Source: an uncultured Methanosarcinales archaeon
GTDB taxonomy: Archaea; Nanobdellota; Nanobdellia; Woesearchaeales; UBA11576
Length of the DNA stretch: 64,000 nucleotides
Reading direction: 5' to 3'
Assembly (NCBI GenBank): GCA_964572875.1
Contig: CAZNGE010000001.1
Coordinates: forward strand, 24,834-88,833
The first letter of the stretch is position 1, and every line of letters starts with the position of its first letter. Positions 56,724-64,000 of this stretch are shown piece by piece. A program made the position numbers and the translations under genes. The notes under the pieces are model-generated. The model saw nothing but the letters and a program-made list of their open reading frames with translations. It did not search any database and was not told where the DNA came from.

Positions 56724-58313
56724 ATGCAAGGCACACAACATGCATACATGGATCGGGCTATTCAGAAGGGAATCGAGCTACCTCCAGGATATCTTAATGT
56801 GCAATCAAGCACGGGAAGGGGATTTCTTGCAGAGACAAGGATCGTGCCGAAAGGCAAGATAGGCAGTATAATGCATCTGACCTACGAAGGCCTGGCTGAC
56901 AAGGTCGAGAGGAACAGCACATCAGACAGGTTCAGGACGCCTACGAGAAAGCTCCCTCAGGAGCTGATGAAGGCCAGTATATACTTGACATACGCCGGCG
57001 TCGCTGACAAGGTGGACCGCAGGCCATTGGAGGTTGTGGATGACAGCTATGACCTCGTTGACCTGCGAGACAGAGAAGCTGTGATGCAGTTCGACAGGAG
57101 AAGCGACTACAATGAATTCCTGGAGAGCAGACCTGAGCTCGGGCTCAGTCTTGAGAAATGTGTCAACAGTGAAGGCAACACAAGGTTCGCGCACATCATG
57201 AAGGACAGACCGGGCGGAATAGGCATTGTCGTTGACACTGAATACATAAGAAATGCAGTCAATGCTTCAGGACAATATTCATTCCTCATGCAGAGGAAGG
57301 ATGCGAAGAGCATGAAGAAAGCCTGGGGCATCGCCAAACAATACTTCACAAAGGACGCACTGAAGAAGGCGAGGAAGGACATCGCCAGGAAGATTTATGT
57401 GAATCTTGTAGAGAAAGGCGACTGGAACAGCCTGAAGAAGGCCATGCAGGTCGCTGTCAAGTATTTCGACAGCGTCCAGAGCAAGGAAGCGAGCAGGATC
57501 ATCGATACGCACCTGGATACCCGTGCAGTGGCGATGGCTGACGATGCCATATCAGGATGCCTGAAGCTGGAGACATCAAAGGAAGTTTACAATCGCCTTG
57601 TGAACATCAACAAGCCTTCGACCCTCTCCAAGGCGCTGGACATAGCGAAGCTTTACATGAACCGGGAGGCTGTAGAAGACACCGCCGACCTGCTCAGGCA
57701 GCACCTTGAGCTGAAGCGCATGGACAGGGAGCGTGACACCCGCATTGAGATGAAAAAGGTCCAGGCAAAGCAGGGTACGAAAGTTATGGAAAGTCGGCAG
57801 CTTTTGAAGCCAATCCTCTACATGCCTGTGAAAGACAACCAGCCCGGACGGGAGTCCATCGAAGAACAGGCACGAGAGAGTGCTGATGCACATATAGAGA
57901 GAGGGATTGATGCGAAGCTGGCAGAAGATGCAGAAAAGTTCTTCAGGAAGACAATAACAAGAGAAGGGCGCAAGCTGCTGCATGAATTCCAGACAGCGCA
58001 TAATAATACGCCTGTCACAAAGAAGGTGTCGGTTGAAGAGACCAGAGGGTACATGATGTCCACCCTGCCGCCGCACCCGGACCTGGAGACATTCCTTGCT
58101 CCACCGACCATGAACGAGATTAAAGGACGGAAAAAAGTCGCCAGGATGGAATCTACCCTACCGCCGCGCCCTCTTCTTGAGGGTGCCGCGGAACCAAGGC
58201 ATGAACAGAAGCATTTCAAGAGGGCATACAACAGACCCATGAACACCGGCGAGCCTGTTACAAAAAGGATAGTCCTTACGCCTGAGATGAAGAAGGTTTT
58301 GAGAGCTGCCTGA
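56724..58313 (+). CDS. Hypothetical 529-aa protein with internal repeats
   Basis: GAAGGTGAG RBS. Repeats LTYEGLADKVER / LTYAGVADKVDR and MMSTLPPHPDLE / MESTLPPRPLLE. No family recognised. Confidence 0.55.
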   Translation: MQGTQHAYMDRAIQKGIELPPGYLNVQSSTGRGFLAETRIVPKGKIGSIMHLTYEGLADKVERNSTSDRFRTPTRKLPQELMKASIYLTYAGVADKVDRRPLEVVDDSYDLVDLRDREAVMQFDRRSDYNEFLESRPELGLSLEKCVNSEGNTRFAHIMKDRPGGIGIVVDTEYIRNAVNASGQYSFLMQRKDAKSMKKAWGIAKQYFTKDALKKARKDIARKIYVNLVEKGDWNSLKKAMQVAVKYFDSVQSKEASRIIDTHLDTRAVAMADDAISGCLKLETSKEVYNRLVNINKPSTLSKALDIAKLYMNREAVEDTADLLRQHLELKRMDRERDTRIEMKKVQAKQGTKVMESRQLLKPILYMPVKDNQPGRESIEEQARESADAHIERGIDAKLAEDAEKFFRKTITREGRKLLHEFQTAHNNTPVTKKVSVEETRGYMMSTLPPHPDLETFLAPPTMNEIKGRKKVARMESTLPPRPLLEGAAEPRHEQKHFKRAYNRPMNTGEPVTKRIVLTPEMKKVLRAA

Positions 58314-58354
58314 TCCCGATAATAGCTTATTCTATTCTTATTTTGTTCTCTTCC

Positions 58355-60241
58355 TTATCTTCTCTCCTCTATCTCCGCAGCTATCTCGTCGAGGAAATCG
58401 TCAGGGCTCTTCTCTCCGTGCACGACATTGTCCCTTGTCCTGATATTGACCGTGCCGTTCTCCTGCTCCTTGTCCCCGACGACGAGTATGTAGTTGACCT
58501 GCTGCATCTGCGCCTCCCTGACCTTCTTGGGTATGGACTCTGCCCTGTCATCGAGCTCGACGCGTATTCCTGCGTCAAAGAGCTTCTGCTTCAGTTTCCC
58601 CGCGTATTCATCGTGCCTGTCCGCGACAGTTAATACCCTGACCTGCACCGGGCTGAGCCAGAGGGGGAACCTGCCTGCATAATGCTCCACGAGCACTCCG
58701 AGAAACCGTTCCATCGACCCGTATATCACCCTGTGTATCATGACCGGCCGGTGCTTCTTGCCGTCCTCGCCTTCATATGTCAGGTCGAAACGTTCCGGCA
58801 TGTTCATGTCCAGCTGTATGGTGCCGCACTGCCAGGTCCTTCCTATCGCGTCCTTGATGTGCAGGTCTATCTTCGGACCGTAGAACGCACCGTCCCCTTC
58901 GTTTATCTTGTACTCTTCTCCTTTCTCGTCGAGCGCTCCCTTGAGGCCCTGGGTCGCCTTCTCCCATTGCTCGTCTGTGCCCATGGACTTTTCAGGTCTT
59001 GTCGAGAGCTCGAGATGGTACTGGAGCCCGAACTGCGTATAGAATCTTTCGCAAAGGTTGAGGACGCCCAGCACTTCAGAGGTTATCTGCTCCTCTGTCA
59101 TGTATATGTGCGCGTCATCCTGGTGGAAGCATCGCACCCTGAACAGTCCTGAGAGCACCCCGCTCAGCTCGTGCCTGTGGACGAGCCCTATCTCGCCGAC
59201 CCGAAGGGGCAGCTCCCTGTAGGAATGTATCTTCTCGTTGTACATGAGCATACCGCCCGGGCAGTTCATGGGCTTTATCGCGTACTCTATCTCGTCGATG
59301 ATCGTAGTGTACATGTTCTCGCGGTAGTTGTCCCAGTGCCCGCTCTGCTCCCAGAGGGACCGGTTCATCATTATGGGAGTCTTCACCTCGACATATCCTG
59401 CCTTGCGGTGCTCTTCCCTCCAGAAACGTATGAGCTCGTTCCATATCACCATGCCTTTCGGGGAGAAATATGGCATGCCTGGTGCTTCCTCATGGAAGCT
59501 GTAGAGTTCGAGCTTCTTGCCGATCTTTCTGTGGTCCCTCTTCTCTGCCTCTTCCCGCATCTTGATGTATGCCTTGAGCTCATCTTTTGTCGGGAAGCTG
59601 ATGCCGTATATCCTCTGCAACTGCTTGTTCTTCGCATCTGCTCTCCAGTACGCCCCTGCTATCTTCGTGAGCTTGAATGCCTTTATCATGCCTGAGTGCG
59701 CCACGTGCGGCCCCCTGCACAGGTCGACGAACTTGCCCTGCCTGTAGATGGATATCTTCCCTTCCTCGAGGTCCTTTATCATCTCCACCTTGTACTCGTT
59801 GTCCTTGAAAAGCTCGAGCGCGTCCTTCTTGGATATCATCTCCCTGACGAGCGGGACCTTCTGCTTCATGATCTCGTACATCTTCTTCTCTATCTTCTTC
59901 AGGTCCTCTGGCTTGAAAGGCTCATGGTCTATGTCGTAATAGAACCCCTCTTCGACTACAGGGCCGATAGTGAGCTTGGCGTAAGGGTAGAGCTCTGTTA
60001 TAGCGTGCGCCATGAGGTGAGCCGTGCTGTGCCTGAAGACCTCCATGCCTTCAGGGTCTGCAGGCGTAAGTATCCGGACATCTGAATCAGAATCGACTTT
60101 GACACAAAGGTCCACGACCTCGCCGTTGAGTTTCATCGCGACTGCCTTGTCGGCAAGACCGAGATCCTCTGCAATCGCCGTTCCAGTGACTGCTGTTTTA
60201 TACTCCTTAGAATTCCCGTCAGGAAACTTGACTTTCACCAT
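58355..60241 (-). CDS. thrS: Threonyl-tRNA synthetase
   Basis: N-terminal TGS (MVKVKFPDGNSKEY), editing domain, class II core, C-terminal anticodon-binding domain. ATG 60241 with GGAGGTTG RBS. Confidence 0.9.
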   Translation of the reverse strand: MVKVKFPDGNSKEYKTAVTGTAIAEDLGLADKAVAMKLNGEVVDLCVKVDSDSDVRILTPADPEGMEVFRHSTAHLMAHAITELYPYAKLTIGPVVEEGFYYDIDHEPFKPEDLKKIEKKMYEIMKQKVPLVREMISKKDALELFKDNEYKVEMIKDLEEGKISIYRQGKFVDLCRGPHVAHSGMIKAFKLTKIAGAYWRADAKNKQLQRIYGISFPTKDELKAYIKMREEAEKRDHRKIGKKLELYSFHEEAPGMPYFSPKGMVIWNELIRFWREEHRKAGYVEVKTPIMMNRSLWEQSGHWDNYRENMYTTIIDEIEYAIKPMNCPGGMLMYNEKIHSYRELPLRVGEIGLVHRHELSGVLSGLFRVRCFHQDDAHIYMTEEQITSEVLGVLNLCERFYTQFGLQYHLELSTRPEKSMGTDEQWEKATQGLKGALDEKGEEYKINEGDGAFYGPKIDLHIKDAIGRTWQCGTIQLDMNMPERFDLTYEGEDGKKHRPVMIHRVIYGSMERFLGVLVEHYAGRFPLWLSPVQVRVLTVADRHDEYAGKLKQKLFDAGIRVELDDRAESIPKKVREAQMQQVNYILVVGDKEQENGTVNIRTRDNVVHGEKSPDDFLDEIAAEIEERR

Positions 60242-60326
60242 TTTCAACCTCCGGATCAGCCCTACAACAGCTAATCCTGCACATGACATCAGAGAAAAAG
60301 CGTTCATTATTAAATGTTGTGCTTAA

Positions 60327-61271
60327 TCAGAGCATCTTTGACTTCCTGAAATAGTAATAGACGAGCAGTATCGATGCTATCATCAGCGCAAGCGAGAAAG
60401 GATATCCCCATTTCCAGGGTATCTCAGGCATGAACCTGAAGTTCATGCCGTATATGCTCGCTATGAGCGTGGGTATCAGCACATATGACGCGACCACTGT
60501 AAGCTTCTTTATGACCTGGTTCATCTGGTTGGACATGGATGATGTGTATATCTCGAGTATGACTGTGAGTACGTTGCGGAGAGTGTCGGCAGTGTCCATC
60601 AGCTGGAGCACGTCTTCCCTCATGTCCCTGAACCCGTCAATGTCTTTTTTATCCAGCCTGCTGAGCTGATGCTTCTCGATGGATGATATCACCTCCCTGT
60701 TGGCGACAAGGGTCTTATGGAAGATGAGCATTGCCTTGCGTATCTTGAAAGTCTCATGTATTGCCTTCTTCTGCGGGTTCTCGAACACAGTGGACTCTAT
60801 CTTGTCTGCTGATTCCTGGAACAGCTCAAGGTGCTCGAAGTAAGTGTCTATTATCCTGGCAAGCATGAACTGGACCATCTTTGTCGAGGAGTCTATGTGC
60901 TTAGGGTTCTTTGCCAGCACATCTTCCTTGAACTTGGTCATGCCCTCTATCTCTTCGGTCCTGATGGTGACTAAGTTCTGGTTATTGCACAGGAATATCG
61001 CCAGGGATGTCCCTTCTCCCACACCCTTGTTCAACACAGGCGCTCCGAAGACTATCAGGGAGTACTTCTCCTCCTCTGATGTCGTGGGCCGCTCATAATC
61101 GACTACACGGTCCTGGAACTCGGGGACAGGCACGTGCGTCAGCTTGGATATCTCTTCAAGCTCCTGCTTTGTAGGGTTTAGGCAGTCTACCCAGACGGTC
61201 TTCTTGGACCTCAATGACTCTATATTCCCTTTCACGACAGTGCCTTGTGGACGCCAATATACCGTTATCAT
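60327..61271 (-). CDS. corA: Magnesium/cobalt transporter CorA
   Basis: YGMNFRFMPE GMN motif and two C-terminal TM helices. Confidence 0.85.
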   Translation of the reverse strand: MITVYWRPQGTVVKGNIESLRSKKTVWVDCLNPTKQELEEISKLTHVPVPEFQDRVVDYERPTTSEEEKYSLIVFGAPVLNKGVGEGTSLAIFLCNNQNLVTIRTEEIEGMTKFKEDVLAKNPKHIDSSTKMVQFMLARIIDTYFEHLELFQESADKIESTVFENPQKKAIHETFKIRKAMLIFHKTLVANREVISSIEKHQLSRLDKKDIDGFRDMREDVLQLMDTADTLRNVLTVILEIYTSSMSNQMNQVIKKLTVVASYVLIPTLIASIYGMNFRFMPEIPWKWGYPFSLALMIASILLVYYYFRKSKML

Positions 61272-61373
61272 GATTATAAAGCCCCTTACAGCGTATATAA
61301 ACTTTTGTCCCTACTCTCGAGGGGAACAAAACAATAAGGTTTATATATTGAGGAAATAGGATTATTCTTCACT

Positions 61374-62456
61374 ATGGGCGACTTTTTCAGGCTGAAACGC
61401 ATAGACTTGCAGTTGCAGAAGGTTATCAATCCGGTCAGCTTCTTTGACGTAAATCCTGTCAATATAGACCAGGAGAAAGAGCTGGTGCTGAAAGACCCGG
61501 ACTACAATCCTTATTTCATCTACCCGGAGGTCGAGTTCGACTTCGATGATGTCCAGCAGAGCCTGCACTCGATAGATGAGGACGACTCGCCCATGGGCGA
61601 GCTTCTCAATGAGAAGAGAAACCTGTTCATCGACAAGTGCGAGATGCTCAGCACAAGGGGGTCGAAGAAGTTCACGGTCTTCGCCAAGAAGGTGTACGGC
61701 CTTCCCGCAAAAGACGTCCTTGACAGGGCGGTCAGTTTCTTCTCACTCGAGTCTGAGAGAGAGCCCAAGACCATTTCATCACGCCAGGCCGCGGGCATGC
61801 TCCAGGCAGAGATAAACCATTACGGCTTCAATTACGAGGTGAGCGAGAGGGTGATGAGCTCAAGCGCTATGGTGCTTGTGTCCAGGAGGAAGATATTCGT
61901 GAGGAAAGGTTTCACCTTCTCTGACAACTTCGTGAAGAGGCTCATAATGCATGAGATCGGCACGCACGTGCTGCGCGCAGAGAACGGGAGGGAGCAGCCG
62001 TTCATGATATTCTTCCACGGCTTCCCGAAATACCTGAAGACAGAAGAGGGTCTTGCAGTCGTGAATGAAGAACGCTTCGGACTCCTGAACAACGAGAACC
62101 TGAAGAACTACGCGGCGCGGGCGATAGCTGTGCAGATGGCCATGACCAAGAGCTTCTCTCACATATTCAGGTACCTGCTGGAATTTTTTCCGCCTAACAC
62201 CGCGTTCAAGCTTGCGCTCAGGGCAAAGCGGGGCATCGCAGACACATCTAAGCCAGGCGGCTGCCCAAAGGACTACGTGTACATCGACGGCTACCTGAAA
62301 GTGAAGGAATACCTGAATAATGGCGGCTCCATAAAGGACCTGTATTACGGCAAGGTGGACATCGAGCACCTGCACATGCTGGAAGAGATACCCGGGATAA
62401 ACCCGCCGAAATATATCCCGAAAAACCAAACCTTTAAAAGTCTATTGAGCTTCTGA
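61374..62456 (+). CDS. DUF1704 / QEGLA-motif family putative metallopeptidase
   Basis: IMHEIGTHVLR HExxH and TEEGLAV (QEGLA-like) motif. 360 aa. Confidence 0.5.
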   Translation: MGDFFRLKRIDLQLQKVINPVSFFDVNPVNIDQEKELVLKDPDYNPYFIYPEVEFDFDDVQQSLHSIDEDDSPMGELLNEKRNLFIDKCEMLSTRGSKKFTVFAKKVYGLPAKDVLDRAVSFFSLESEREPKTISSRQAAGMLQAEINHYGFNYEVSERVMSSSAMVLVSRRKIFVRKGFTFSDNFVKRLIMHEIGTHVLRAENGREQPFMIFFHGFPKYLKTEEGLAVVNEERFGLLNNENLKNYAARAIAVQMAMTKSFSHIFRYLLEFFPPNTAFKLALRAKRGIADTSKPGGCPKDYVYIDGYLKVKEYLNNGGSIKDLYYGKVDIEHLHMLEEIPGINPPKYIPKNQTFKSLLSF

Positions 62457-62462
62457 ACCGTC

Positions 62463-62801
62463 ATGAAACTGGTCATTCTCGTAAGGCAGGATCTTAAGCT
62501 TCCCAAGGGAAAGCTTGCCGCGCAGGCAGCCCACGCAGCTGTCGAAGTCACACTGAAATCCAGCAGGATCAAGGTCGCTAAGTGGAGGTCTGAAGGCCAG
62601 AAGAAAGTGGTCCTTAAGGTGAAGGATGAGAAAGAGCTTATCAGGTTCATGCAGCAGGCAAAAGATGCTGGTCTCAAGACAGCGCTGATAACTGACGCAG
62701 GCAGGACATGCATCGCTCCAGGCACGAGGACATGCCTTGGCATCGGGCCAGACTCAGATGAGAATATTGACAATCTCACAGGAGAATTGCCTATGATATA
62801 G
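62463..62801 (+). CDS. pth2: Peptidyl-tRNA hydrolase, archaeal type (Pth2)
   Basis: MKLVILVRQDLKLPKGKLAAQAAHAAV. 112 aa. Confidence 0.85.
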   Translation: MKLVILVRQDLKLPKGKLAAQAAHAAVEVTLKSSRIKVAKWRSEGQKKVVLKVKDEKELIRFMQQAKDAGLKTALITDAGRTCIAPGTRTCLGIGPDSDENIDNLTGELPMI

Positions 62802-62828
62802 TAAGAGTAGGACATAAGGTTGCATATC

Positions 62829-63050
62829 ATGGCCATAAAAAAGAAAAGATCGGTTGACAACCTCAAGAGGCAGGACAAGGAGCTGGCAAAGCTCCCTGTG
62901 TTGGAGAAAGAGGAAAAAGTGTTCAGGAAGAAAGAGTCTCTGCTCAGCAGGCTTCTGGTCAGGAAAAGGGTTGTGGTGAAGAAGCCGAAGATACCCAAGG
63001 AACTGAAACTGAAAAGAACCAAGAGCACAACCAAGAGAAAGAAGAGGTAA
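62829..63050 (+). CDS. Small Lys-rich basic protein (73 aa)
   Basis: AAGGTT RBS 7 nt before ATG 62829. About 40% K/R. Confidence 0.4.
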   Translation: MAIKKKRSVDNLKRQDKELAKLPVLEKEEKVFRKKESLLSRLLVRKRVVVKKPKIPKELKLKRTKSTTKRKKR

Positions 63051-63052
63051 AA

Positions 63053-63199
63053 GTGAGTAAGTGGAAGGATTTTTTCAGATGGTATCTCCACATCGACTTG
63101 AAGGACATCACTAACTACATCGCCCTCATATTGGCGGTACTGCTTCTATGGTGGGGAATCAAGACCATCATCTCTTCGATTGCCGCGACTGCGCCGTAA
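63053..63199 (+). CDS. Candidate 48-aa single-TM peptide (GTG start)
   Basis: AGAGGT 4 nt upstream of GTG. Hydrophobic core IALILAVLLLWWGIKTIISSIAA. Confidence 0.25.
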   Translation: MSKWKDFFRWYLHIDLKDITNYIALILAVLLLWWGIKTIISSIAATAP

Positions 63200-63313
63200 A
63201 CATAAAGTGCAAACAAACGCTAGTTCTTTAAAAACCACATCCGAAACATTTAAAAGAAGCCTCTGGAATGGGTAATGAATCTCATCATGGTCTTATATAC
63301 GGAGGGGTGTAAG

Positions 63314-64000
63314 ATGGAAGAAGATGATAAAAAAGAGCATCATGAACATCATTCTCATGCTGCAGGCCACAAGAGGCACCAGCATAAGAAGCCGAAGAAG
63401 AAGGGCCTGAACGGCTACATCATTGGCGGCCTTATCGCTGTTATCATAATCGCCCTGCTGGTGAGGAGCTTCTACAAGCCTGCTGTCAGTGTGGACAATC
63501 CCGGCAAATACGGCTCAGTGGACGTGACATTCTATGTCATGAGCCAATGCCCTTACGGCACGCAGGTCGAGAATGTTTTCGCTCCAGTCATTGATGAGCT
63601 TGGAGACAACATAAACTTCAGGCTGGAGTTCATCGCATCAGGGGTTCCCGGAGCATTCAACAGCCTTCACGGCCCAGCCGAGGTCGAGGGCGACAAGATC
63701 CAGCTTTGCGTACAGGAGCATTATCCTGATGGCCTCATAGGTTTTGTCACATGTCAGAACAAGAATCCCAGTGACCTTAAAGGTTCTGTAGAGAGCTGTG
63801 CAGGGAAGTCAGGAATGGACGCCCAGAAGATCCTCGACTGCGCTGACGGAGAAGAAGGCGATCAGCTGCTCGCTGAATCCATCGCCAAGAGCCAGGCTGT
63901 CGGAGCGAGCGGAAGCCCGACAATGTATTTCGGTGACAGCCTCTACTCGGGCGCAAGGGACGCCACCTCGTTCAAGAGAGAGGTGTGCAAGAGCCTTGAC
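63314..64000 (+). CDS. Membrane-anchored thioredoxin-fold protein with His-rich N-terminus (partial, runs off window)
   Basis: N-terminal HHEHHSHAAGHKRHQHKK, a TM helix, then a SQCPYG thiol-redox-like motif. No stop before the window end. Confidence 0.45.
   Translation, partial: MEEDDKKEHHEHHSHAAGHKRHQHKKPKKKGLNGYIIGGLIAVIIIALLVRSFYKPAVSVDNPGKYGSVDVTFYVMSQCPYGTQVENVFAPVIDELGDNINFRLEFIASGVPGAFNSLHGPAEVEGDKIQLCVQEHYPDGLIGFVTCQNKNPSDLKGSVESCAGKSGMDAQKILDCADGEEGDQLLAESIAKSQAVGASGSPTMYFGDSLYSGARDATSFKREVCKSLD

Overview
Archaeal chromosomal window of about 50% GC that uses GGAGGT-like ribosome-binding sites and frequent ATGA start/stop overlaps. The archaeal assignment rests on the genes for aRF1, aIF5A, L37ae, L40e, RpoP, prefoldin beta, Pcc1, proteasome beta, aCPSF1, archaeal ProRS, Pth2, a UPF0147 protein and an archaemetzincin-like protease, plus a tRNA with non-canonical introns. 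The content falls into six blocks.
(1) A complete glycolytic operon, gap-pgk-pfkB-fba-tpi-pgi, that uses bacterial-type GAPDH and a class II aldolase.
(2) Two group-3 [NiFe] hydrogenase loci. The first is a sulfhydrogenase-like hydBGDA set whose small subunit carries a 150-aa Lys-rich tail encoded partly by four 21-nt tandem repeats. The second is a large/small pair. hypA, hypC, a maturation protease and PEP synthase are nearby.
(3) A roughly 13-kb alpha-glucan (glycogen) island containing a GT4 glycosyltransferase, a GH57 hydrolase, a eukaryote-type GT3 glycogen synthase (a second copy is truncated at the window start), a GalT-family transferase, a phosphoglucomutase, a debranching enzyme, a ROK glucokinase and a GH15-like hydrolase. 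Embedded in it is a translationally coupled pair: a novel adaptor-like protein (with a smaller paralog) and an orphan MinD/ParA ATPase. I flag this pair as the most likely undescribed system, a candidate cargo-positioning module.
(4) Orphan proteins, including a 610-aa protein coupled to an archaemetzincin-like peptidase.
(5) Information-processing genes: proS, thrS, SRP54, aIF5A, aRF1, a DRG GTPase, PIMT and the L37ae-RpoP-Pcc1-PfdB superoperon piece. Two of these, rpl40e and rpoP, are absent from the ORF track and were found by manual translation.
(6) RNA and regulatory signals: a tRNA-Pro(UGG) with two non-canonical introns, a structured 150-nt RNA candidate next to SRP54, and several palindromic or repeat arrays.
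Several long track ORFs are antisense artefacts of low-complexity coding regions, and some ORF-track 'M' starts are TTG/GTG codons.
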